Shown here piece by piece: positions 7,702-14,934 of a stretch of 15,557 bases of DNA. Made by a program: the position numbers and the translations under genes. Numbering within the stretch: position 1 is the stretch's first letter; each line of letters starts with the position of its first letter. A model generated the notes under the pieces. The model was not told the DNA's origin. It saw only the letters and a list, made by a program, of their open reading frames with translations, and ran no database searches. The stretch lies in contig JBGANF010000136.1 in NCBI GenBank assembly GCA_044222475.1, forward strand, positions 1 to 15,557, read 5' to 3'. The DNA is from Polyangiaceae bacterium (GTDB lineage Bacteria; Myxococcota_A; Polyangia; Polyangiales; Polyangiaceae).

Positions 7702-8235
7702 ATGCGCGCTCGCATCATCATCGTTCCGGTCCTCGGTCTGTCGCTCTTCTCGGGCGCGTTCATGTTCGCGTGTGGCGGCGACGAGACGACGCCGACCCCG
7801 GTCGACGCGGGCAAAGACGTGACGGTGGACGCCGCGAAGGACGTCGGGATCGACGCACCGATCGACGCAGGCTGCCTCACCGACGCAAACCTCACGAGCC
7901 TCGTCCCGCCGGACGCCGCGATCGGCGACAGCGGCGCGACCCTCCCGGGCTGCGCGAGCTGTCTCAAGACGAAGTGCAGCACCGACATCAACGACTGCAA
8001 CAAGCTCTGCGAGTGCAAGGACGCGGTCGTCGGCGTCTACCAGTGCCTCGGCCAGGGCAAAGGGTTCCAGCAGTGCGCGCTCGCCAACTTCATCGGCGCC
8101 GGCCAGGAGACTCAGGCGATCGGCCAGTCGCTCGGCACGTGCGCGATCGGCAACTGCTTCGGCGAGTGCGGCATCGGCAGCCTCCTCAACGACGGCGGGT
8201 TGGACTCGGGTCCGAAGGACGCTGGCGGACAGTAA
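7702..8235 (+). CDS. Cys-rich lipoprotein, hypothetical (177 aa)
   Basis: SD GGAGGA followed by ATG 7702. Signal MRARIIIVPVLGLSLFSGAFMFAC (lipobox), an Asp-rich linker, and 12 further Cys. Confidence 0.85.
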   Translation: MRARIIIVPVLGLSLFSGAFMFACGGDETTPTPVDAGKDVTVDAAKDVGIDAPIDAGCLTDANLTSLVPPDAAIGDSGATLPGCASCLKTKCSTDINDCNKLCECKDAVVGVYQCLGQGKGFQQCALANFIGAGQETQAIGQSLGTCAIGNCFGECGIGSLLNDGGLDSGPKDAGGQ

Positions 8236-9109
8236 TCGCCGCGACTCCGAGCGTCACGAGCGCTCCTCCGAGCCACACGTGGGCGCCGAGCTTCTCGCCG
8301 CCGACGAAGAGGCCGAGGAGCGTCGCGACCACGGGGTTCACGTACGCGTAGCTCGTCGCGATCGACGGTCGCGCGTTGCGTAGGAGGTACGCGTACGCCG
8401 TGAACGCGATCATCGATCCGAACACGATGAGGTAGACGAACGCGAAGACCGCCTTCGGCGTCGACGACCCGGTGACCGGTCGCTCGCCGGTGACGGCACC
8501 GAGCGCGAGCGCGAGCACGCCGCCCCAGATCATCGGGAGGGCGGCGCCCGTGGGCCCGCTCGGGAGCGAGCGCTTGCGGGCGATCAGCGAGCCCAGCGCC
8601 CACCCGACCGGTGCGAACAAGAGCAGCACGCTCGAAGCGCTGAAGTGACCGACGTCGACCGCGGTCATCACGATGACCCCGCTGAAGCCGACGAGCAGCC
8701 CGAGGATCTCGAGCGGCCGCGGGCGCTCGCCGATGAACACGCCGAAGACGACGGTGACGAGCGGCATCGAGGCACAGACGATCGCGGCTTGGCTGCTCGA
8801 CACTTCGCGTTCGGCGAGCGACACGAGCCCGTTCCCGACGACGAAGAGCAGCGCGCCCGGCGCAGCCGCGCGGATCCACGTCGCGCGGCTCGGCCACGCC
8901 GCGCCGCGCATGCGCCCGATCGCGAGGAGCGCGACGCCGGCGACGAGATACCGCGCGCCGGCGGCGAGCATCGCGGGGAACACCTCGACGACCCAGCGGA
9001 GCGCGAGGTACGTCGACCCCCAGATGACGTACACCGCGAGGAGCGACGCGAGGACGAGGATCCGTCGCGGCGAAGGAGTCGCATCCGGGATCGCAGTCGT
9101 CGTCGTCAT
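8186..9109 (-). CDS. EamA/DMT family transporter (YedA-like, 307 aa)
   Basis: VYVIWGSTYLA, R-Y-LVAG, GNGLV, YLIVFGSMIAFTAYAYLL, SYAYVNPVVA, GGEKL; about 10 hydrophobic segments in two repeats. Confidence 0.93.
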   Translation of the reverse strand: MTTTTAIPDATPSPRRILVLASLLAVYVIWGSTYLALRWVVEVFPAMLAAGARYLVAGVALLAIGRMRGAAWPSRATWIRAAAPGALLFVVGNGLVSLAEREVSSSQAAIVCASMPLVTVVFGVFIGERPRPLEILGLLVGFSGVIVMTAVDVGHFSASSVLLLFAPVGWALGSLIARKRSLPSGPTGAALPMIWGGVLALALGAVTGERPVTGSSTPKAVFAFVYLIVFGSMIAFTAYAYLLRNARPSIATSYAYVNPVVATLLGLFVGGEKLGAHVWLGGALVTLGVAAITVRQRPSDPSPTRRR

Positions 9110-9174
9110 CGCGGACGCAACGTGCCACGACGACGCGGCGGCGCAAGCGATGGCCTACTTGGCACGATTGACCC

Positions 9175-9621
9175 TCATCCCCAGCGCTGGAGCTCGATCG
9201 CGTTGCCCTCTGGATCGGTGACGTAGCACCACGTCACGTCGCTCGGTCCGGATCGAATGCGAACGATCTCACCCACCGCACCGCCACCGGCTGCGAGCGT
9301 GGCGGCGCGCACGGCGTCGACGTCGTCCACCTGAAACGCGATGTGTCCCCATCCGGGACGACGCGGCGACGGCAGGGGCCCGTCGACCGCCGGCTCGTAG
9401 CGGAAGATCTCGAGGGTCGGACCGTCGTCGCCGAAGCCGGGTAGACGGAGATGAACGCCGCGGATTCGCCCCCCGGAGACTGCGAGCCCGGCGTCGATGC
9501 CGTCGCCCGAGAGATCGCGGACGTGACCGACGCGGACGCATCCGAAGACGTCTCGATAGAACGCCTCGAGCCGCTCACAGTCGCGCGCGACGAGGTTCGT
9601 GTGCACGTAGCGAATCGCCAT
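9175..9621 (-). CDS. VOC/glyoxalase family protein (148 aa)
   Basis: ATG at 9621 gives MAIRYVHTNLVARDCERLEAFYRDVFG...LEIF...GWGHIAFQVDDVDA...YVTDPEGNAIEL, the H/E/H/E metal-ligand pattern of VOC proteins. Confidence 0.93.
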   Translation of the reverse strand: MAIRYVHTNLVARDCERLEAFYRDVFGCVRVGHVRDLSGDGIDAGLAVSGGRIRGVHLRLPGFGDDGPTLEIFRYEPAVDGPLPSPRRPGWGHIAFQVDDVDAVRAATLAAGGGAVGEIVRIRSGPSDVTWCYVTDPEGNAIELQRWG

Positions 9622-9654
9622 CGCGCGAGCGTAGCCGAGGACTATGCTGTCCAC
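9622..9654. promoter_or_regulatory. Candidate bidirectional promoter with two outward-facing TANNNT -10 boxes
   Basis: Minus-strand TACGCT (9633-9628) is 6 nt from ATG 9621. Plus-strand TATGCT (9643-9648) is 6 nt from GTG 9655. Confidence 0.6.
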
Positions 9655-11403
9655 GTGGCGTTCGATCTCGTCCTTCAGCGAGGGCTCGTCTTCGACGGAA
9701 CCGGCGCGCCGCCGATCGTGGCGGACGTCGCGATTCACGACGGTCGCGTCGCGCGGATCGATCGCCGTCCCATCGATCCGCGCGAAGCTTCGCGCGTCGT
9801 CGACTGCTCCGGATCCTGGGTGACACCCGGGTTCATCGACCTCCACACGCACTACGACGCCGAAGTCGAGGTCGCGCCCGGGCTCTCCGAGAGCGTGCGC
9901 CACGGCGTCACGACCGTTCTCCTCGGGTCGTGCAGCTTGAGCCTCGCGCTCGGAACCCCCGACGATCTCGCGGACATGTTCTGTCGCGTCGAGGCCATCC
10001 CCGACGCAATCGTGCGACCGTTGCTCCATCGCACGAAGAGCTGGGACGGCCACCGCGAGTACTTCGCTCATCTCGAGGAGCTCGCGCTCGGCCCCAACGT
10101 CGTCTCGTTCGTCGGGCACTCGGCGCTTCGCGCCCACGTCCTCGGGATGGAGCGCAGCCTGGACTCCACCGTCGTACCAAACGAGGACGAGCTCGCTCGG
10201 ATGGATCGCCTGCTCGTCGAGGCGCTCGACGACGGCTACCTCGGCATGAGCGTGCAGACGCTCCCGTGGGACAAGGTCGGCGGCACGCGCTCGGTCCGCA
10301 GCCGACCGCTGCCGTCCACGTTCGCCCCGTGGAGCGAGGTGCGTCGCCTCGGTCACCTCCTGCGCGAGCGCGGTCGCATCCTGCAAGGCGTGCCGAACCC
10401 GGCGGCGAAGCTCACCGTGTTCCGCTTCGCCATGGAGAGCATGGGCATCTTCCGGCGACCGCTGAAGACGACGCTCATCTCGATGATGGATCTCCGCTCG
10501 GCGCGGTGGCTCCGTCACCTCGCGAGCTTGCTGTCGCGCGGCGTGAACCTCGTGCTCGGCGGCGACATGAAGTGGCAGGCTCTGCCCGAGGTCTTCGACT
10601 TGTGGGCCGACGGCATCGACCTCGTCGTGTTCGAGGAGTTCGGGTCCGGCGCTGCCGCGCTCCACCTCGACGATCAAGCCGCACGGGCGAAGCTCCTCGC
10701 CGATCCGGAGTACCGCGAGCGATTTCGGCGCGACTGGACCAACCGCTTCTTGCCGCGCGCGTTCCACCGCGACTTCAACCAGAGCGAGATCCTCGCCTGC
10801 CCCGATCGATCGGTCGTCGGAAAGTCGTTCGCCACCGTCGCGCGCGAGCGCGGCGCCGACGCGGTGGACACGTTCCTCGATCTCGTCGTCGCTCACGGGA
10901 ACGCGCTCCGCTGGTACACGGTGATGGGCAACGATCGCCGGCCAGCGCTCGAGCGGATCGTCTCTCACCCCGACGTCCTGATCGGGTTCTCCGACGCGGG
11001 CGCTCACCTGCGCCAGATGGCGCACTACAACTTCCCGCTGCGCATGCTCCGCCTCGTTCGAAAAGCGGCCGAGCGCGGCGAGCCGGTGATGAGCGTCGAG
11101 CGAGCCGTTCACCGGCTCACCGGCGAGATCGCAGACTGGCTCGCGATCGACGCAGGCACGTTGAAGGAGGGCAGCCGGGCGGACGTGTGCGTGATCGATC
11201 CCGCCGCGCTCGGCGACGAGGTCGACCGCGCCGAGCTCGCACCGATGGACTTCTTCGAGGGGTACGAGCGACTCGTGCGCCGCAACGACGCAGCGATTCG
11301 TCACGTGTTCGTCGGCGGGCGAGAAGCCATCACCGGCGGCAAGCCGGCGCCGGATCTCGGGGTGGCTCGCCTCGGTGCGGTCCTCCGCTCGAGCACCACA
11401 TGA
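9655..11403 (+). CDS. N-acyl-D-amino-acid deacylase family amidohydrolase (582 aa)
   Basis: GTG at 9655 gives (M)AFDLVLQRGLVFDGTGAP..ADVAI.DGR. Motifs are TPGFIDLHTHYD (HxH), HGVTTVLLGSCS (Cys ligand position), VGHS, FSDAGAH and GTLKEGSRADVCVIDP. The ORF-track start at 9451 overlaps the VOC gene. Confidence 0.92.
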   Translation: MAFDLVLQRGLVFDGTGAPPIVADVAIHDGRVARIDRRPIDPREASRVVDCSGSWVTPGFIDLHTHYDAEVEVAPGLSESVRHGVTTVLLGSCSLSLALGTPDDLADMFCRVEAIPDAIVRPLLHRTKSWDGHREYFAHLEELALGPNVVSFVGHSALRAHVLGMERSLDSTVVPNEDELARMDRLLVEALDDGYLGMSVQTLPWDKVGGTRSVRSRPLPSTFAPWSEVRRLGHLLRERGRILQGVPNPAAKLTVFRFAMESMGIFRRPLKTTLISMMDLRSARWLRHLASLLSRGVNLVLGGDMKWQALPEVFDLWADGIDLVVFEEFGSGAAALHLDDQAARAKLLADPEYRERFRRDWTNRFLPRAFHRDFNQSEILACPDRSVVGKSFATVARERGADAVDTFLDLVVAHGNALRWYTVMGNDRRPALERIVSHPDVLIGFSDAGAHLRQMAHYNFPLRMLRLVRKAAERGEPVMSVERAVHRLTGEIADWLAIDAGTLKEGSRADVCVIDPAALGDEVDRAELAPMDFFEGYERLVRRNDAAIRHVFVGGREAITGGKPAPDLGVARLGAVLRSSTT

Positions 11404-12506
11404 TCGCGATCGCCGACCGCGCGCGAGCCATGGTGCTCCGGGCCATCTCTCGCACCGGGGCGCGATCGTTCGTCGTCGATCGGACGCGGCGAATCGGCGC
11501 TCGCGCGGCGATCGCCATCGCGTTCGCGTTCGTGCTCGCGGCCACATTTCCCGCGCTCGCGCTGGCGATCGGGCCGATCGTCTTCGGGATCCCTCACGTC
11601 GCGGCGTCCCTCCGCTACCTCGTCGTGCGTCGGAGCGTTTCGCGGATCCTCGTGTCGTCGGTCGTCGTTCTCTCGGCCGTGATCGTAGCGGCGCGCGTCG
11701 GAGCGGGGACCGGCGACGGCTCGACGTGGGCGCGGGTCGAGATCGCGGCGGGCGCATCGCTGTTCGCGATCGCCGCGATCGAAGCCGGACGGCGCAGCGG
11801 GAGGGCGACCCGCACGGTGCTCGCGCTCGTCGTGCTCGGCGCCGGGCTCGCGCTCGCGCTCCAGGTCCCGTTCGTGGTGCGACTCGCGTTCGTCCACGTG
11901 CACAACCTCGGAGTGGTGGTCCTCTGGATGGTCCTCTTCCGGCGCGGCGGCGCGTTGCGACGCGCGGTGGCCGCGGCGCTGGTGATCGCGCTGGTGCTCC
12001 TCGCGAGCGGCGCCACGCTTCCGCTCGCGCGCACGCTCGGCGGGCTCGACGCGGGCGGCGTGGACTGTCGCGACGTCGCCGCGTGGCTCGCGCCGTCGCT
12101 CGTGAGCTCGATCGCGATCCCGCTGGTGCTGGTCCACGCGTTCACCGACTCGGTGCACTACGCGTTCTGGCTCGGGGTCGTCCCCGAGGAGGAGCTCTCG
12201 GGTCAGGGCACGCTCACGTTCCGCATGACGCTGCGCGGGCTCGTTCGGGACTTCGGCCGCGTGGGCCTCGGGGTCGCCGTCATCGCGACCGTGGGGATCG
12301 CCGCCCTCGCCCTTCAGCGCGCCGAAGTCGCGCGGAACGCCTACTTCGTGGTGGCCGGATTCCACGGCTACGTCGAAGGAGCGATGCTCGTGTGGCTCGC
12401 GGTGGGCGGCTCCCCGGATCGGCGACCCCTCGCGGTGGATCGCGAACGTGTCGCGGCAGCCCCCGCCCTGCTCCCGAAATCTCCCGATTCAGGCACGGCA
12501 TGGTAG
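11400..12506 (+). CDS. Uncharacterised polytopic membrane protein with intramembrane His motifs (368 aa)
   Basis: ATG 11400 overlaps the deacylase stop (ATGA). Roughly 8-9 hydrophobic segments, with motifs GIPHV..SLRY, VHVHN, HAFTDSVHY.FWL and FHGYVE. Confidence 0.8.
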   Translation: MIAIADRARAMVLRAISRTGARSFVVDRTRRIGARAAIAIAFAFVLAATFPALALAIGPIVFGIPHVAASLRYLVVRRSVSRILVSSVVVLSAVIVAARVGAGTGDGSTWARVEIAAGASLFAIAAIEAGRRSGRATRTVLALVVLGAGLALALQVPFVVRLAFVHVHNLGVVVLWMVLFRRGGALRRAVAAALVIALVLLASGATLPLARTLGGLDAGGVDCRDVAAWLAPSLVSSIAIPLVLVHAFTDSVHYAFWLGVVPEEELSGQGTLTFRMTLRGLVRDFGRVGLGVAVIATVGIAALALQRAEVARNAYFVVAGFHGYVEGAMLVWLAVGGSPDRRPLAVDRERVAAAPALLPKSPDSGTAW

Positions 12507-12511
12507 GTGCA
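12496..12511 (+). promoter_or_regulatory. Candidate sigma54 (-24/-12) promoter for the M15 peptidase gene
   Basis: CGGCATGGTAGGTGCA has GG(12497-98)-N10-GC(12509-10) and resembles TGGCACG-N4-TTGCA. It overlaps the upstream gene's stop. Confidence 0.4.
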
Positions 12512-12524
12512 TGTAGGACTCGCC

Positions 12525-13481
12525 GTGCGCCGCCTCCTCCTCGCCGCTCCTGCCCTAGCGCTGCTCGCGTGTTCTGGAGCCTCGGTCCCCCATGACGACC
12601 CGGAACCGATCGGGTACGCGTCGGCCGCGCTGAGCAGCTCCGACCCGGTGTCCAAGGCGGTCGACGAGAGCTGCACCACCACGTCGGTCAAAGGCCTCGC
12701 CGTCCAGCTCATCGACGAGATCCAGTGCCTCAAGCCCGGCAGCATGGCGTCGATCGCGAACATCCCGAACACCCAGCTCCAGACCGCGGTGTTCCCGTAC
12801 CTCCAAGCGCCCGCCGCGGCGTCGCTGAAGCAGGTCGCCGCGTCGCGCGGCACGCCGCTCGTCATCAACTCCGCGTTGCGGACCCTCCCGCAACAGTTCC
12901 TCCTCTACCGCTGGTACCAGACGAACCGATGCGGCATCGGCCTCGCCGCGAGCCCGGGCAACAGCAACCACGAGTCCGGCCTCGCCCTCGACGTGGGCGA
13001 CAACGCCGGATGGAAGACGAGCTTCACGAGCAAAGGGTGGACCTGGCTCGGGGCGAGCGACCCGGTGCATTTCGACTACAAGGGCGGCGGCACGATCAAC
13101 CTCCAGGGGTTGAGCGTGCTCGCGTTCCAGCGCTTGTGGAACCGCAACAACCCGAACGACACGATCGCCGAAGACGGCGACTACGGTCCGGCGACCGAGA
13201 CGCGGCTCATGAAGTCGCCGGTGGGCGGCTTTCAGAAGGGTGCAAACTGCAGCCAACCTCCCCCGCCGAAGGACGCCGGGGCGAGCGACCCGGATGCAGC
13301 CGCGCCGCCGCCGGCGCGCGATGGCGGCGTGCCGCTCCCCGACGACGACGCCGGAGCACCTCCGACGGCGATGACGTCCGACGAGGGCGGCTGCAACGCG
13401 GCCGGCGATTCACGCGCGAGCGGCGCCTGGATCGTCGCCCTCGTGGCGCTCGTCGCCCTTCGTCGCCGCCGGTCAGAGTAG
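12525..13481 (+). CDS. M15 family (D-Ala-D-Ala/VanY-like) metallopeptidase lipoprotein with PG-binding-like domain and MYXO-CTERM-type tail
   Basis: GTG 12525 (AGGA 6 nt upstream; alternative start 12507) gives (M)RRLLLAAPALALLAC lipobox. Catalytic motifs are INSALRT..QQ..LY, SNHESGLALD (SxHxxGxAxD) and DPVHFD. AFQRLWN...EDGDYGPAT is PG_binding_1-like. The C-terminus is GGC...WIVALVALVALRRRR. Confidence 0.88.
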   Translation: MRRLLLAAPALALLACSGASVPHDDPEPIGYASAALSSSDPVSKAVDESCTTTSVKGLAVQLIDEIQCLKPGSMASIANIPNTQLQTAVFPYLQAPAAASLKQVAASRGTPLVINSALRTLPQQFLLYRWYQTNRCGIGLAASPGNSNHESGLALDVGDNAGWKTSFTSKGWTWLGASDPVHFDYKGGGTINLQGLSVLAFQRLWNRNNPNDTIAEDGDYGPATETRLMKSPVGGFQKGANCSQPPPPKDAGASDPDAAAPPPARDGGVPLPDDDAGAPPTAMTSDEGGCNAAGDSRASGAWIVALVALVALRRRRSE

Positions 13482-14879
13482 AGGGCTCAAGAGCCGCGCG
13501 CTCGCCTCGCCGAGTCGCCCGAGCCACGGGAGCTTCCCCCGTGAGCGGTTCGTGACGTGGGCACACCGCGCCTTGTCCTTGTCGAACGCGTGCTCGAGAT
13601 CCGCGATGGCCTGCTTGGCGTAGAACACGGCGCCGATCTCGAAGTTCAGCCGGAAGCTCCGGTTGTCCATGTTGGCGGTACCCACGCACGCGAGCTTGCC
13701 GTCGACCACCATGGTCTTGGCGTGTACCATTTTGGGATATTCGTACAAGTGGACGCCCGCCGCGAGGAGCTTGTCGTAGTAGCTCCGCGCCGCCGCGGAG
13801 ACGACCCTCGAGTCGCTCCGCTTGGGCACGATGATCTCGACCTTGACCCCGCGGAGCGCAGCCGAGCAGAGCGCGGCCTCGATCGCGTCGTCGGGGACGA
13901 AGTAGGGAGTCGTGATCTTCAGCGACACCTCCGCCTGGGTGATCATCGTGAAGTAGACCTTCTGGGTCGCCTCCCATTCGAGGTCGGGGCCGGACGGGAC
14001 GATCTGCACGAGCTCCTGCTCCTTCTGGTCGGCGTCGGCTTCCAGGTCGGGGAACAGTCCCTTGTCGCGCACGCTCTCTTCGCTCGCGAACTGCCAGTCT
14101 TCGAGGAAGGTGAACTGCAGCTGGCGCACGACCGAGCCGCGGATCTCGAGGTGGGTGTCGCGGTAGGCCTCCTTCTTGGTGATCTCCTCGTTGTACTCGT
14201 CGCCCACGTTGATCCCACCGAGGAAGCCGATGCGCCCGTCGACGACCACGATCTTGCGGTGGTTGCGCATGTTGATGCGCGGAAGGAGCCGACCGAGGCG
14301 CAGCGGGTTGAAGCGCGCGAAGTCGGCGCCTTGGGCGAAGAGCGGCGCCAGGAAGTTCGACGAGAGGCTCGTGCCGACGCCGTCGACGAGGAGCCGCACC
14401 TTCACCCCCGCCTTGGCGCGCTCGACCAGTGCATCGCGAATCCGGTGCCCGGTCTGGTCCTCCTCGAAGATGTAGTACTCGACGTGAACGTGATCCTTCG
14501 CCTCGGCGATCGCAGAGGCGATCGCGTCGTAGCAAGCCTTGCCGTTGAGCAAGACCCTCACGTGCTCCGCGCGGCCCACCGGCGTCCCCGCGCAGCGGCT
14601 CGTGAGGCGGGCGAGCTGGCTGGAGAGGTCGACCCAACTCGCCTCCGGCATGCCGTGCGTGCGGCGGACCTCGCTGCGAGCGCTCGCGTGGCGCATGCGC
14701 TTGCGCCGCAGGCTCCGCGATCCGAGGAAGAAGTAGAGGACGAACCCGACCAACGGGAGGAGCGCGAGGATCAGAATCCACGCGAGCGTCGCGGCCGAGC
14801 TCCGCTTCTCGAGCAGGATGTAGATCGCCAGGAAGACGACGTAGGCGACCTCGAGCGTCGAGATGAGGGTGACCAGCAC
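13473..14879 (-). CDS. cls: Cardiolipin synthase (phospholipase D superfamily, about 468 aa)
   Basis: N-terminal two TM helices with KRSSAATLAW..LPLVGFVLYFFLG (PLDc_N), two HKD motifs (NHRKIVVVDG, VHAKTMVVDG), SGPD, TPYFVPD and GTANMDNRSFRLNFE. GTG 14879 was chosen because the ORF-track extension overlaps the next gene. Confidence 0.95.
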   Translation of the reverse strand: MLVTLISTLEVAYVVFLAIYILLEKRSSAATLAWILILALLPLVGFVLYFFLGSRSLRRKRMRHASARSEVRRTHGMPEASWVDLSSQLARLTSRCAGTPVGRAEHVRVLLNGKACYDAIASAIAEAKDHVHVEYYIFEEDQTGHRIRDALVERAKAGVKVRLLVDGVGTSLSSNFLAPLFAQGADFARFNPLRLGRLLPRINMRNHRKIVVVDGRIGFLGGINVGDEYNEEITKKEAYRDTHLEIRGSVVRQLQFTFLEDWQFASEESVRDKGLFPDLEADADQKEQELVQIVPSGPDLEWEATQKVYFTMITQAEVSLKITTPYFVPDDAIEAALCSAALRGVKVEIIVPKRSDSRVVSAAARSYYDKLLAAGVHLYEYPKMVHAKTMVVDGKLACVGTANMDNRSFRLNFEIGAVFYAKQAIADLEHAFDKDKARCAHVTNRSRGKLPWLGRLGEASARLLSPLL

Positions 14880-14906
14880 GGCCCCTAGTTCTACGCCAAC
14901 TCGGCC

Positions 14907-14922
14907 TGGCACACGGGGTGCA
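14907..14922 (+). promoter_or_regulatory. Candidate sigma54 (-24/-12) promoter
   Basis: TGGCACACGGGGTGCA (TGGCAC-N5-GTGCA) with exact GG-N10-GC spacing, in the 55-bp divergent spacer just upstream of ATG 14935. Confidence 0.65.
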
Positions 14923-14934
14923 AACACGACGAAC

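Noticed and set aside
9637..9646. GAGGACTATG as SD plus ATG start of the deacylase
   Set aside because: ATG 9644 is out of frame with the deacylase and too close to the GAGG. The same bases fit a TATGCT -10 box.
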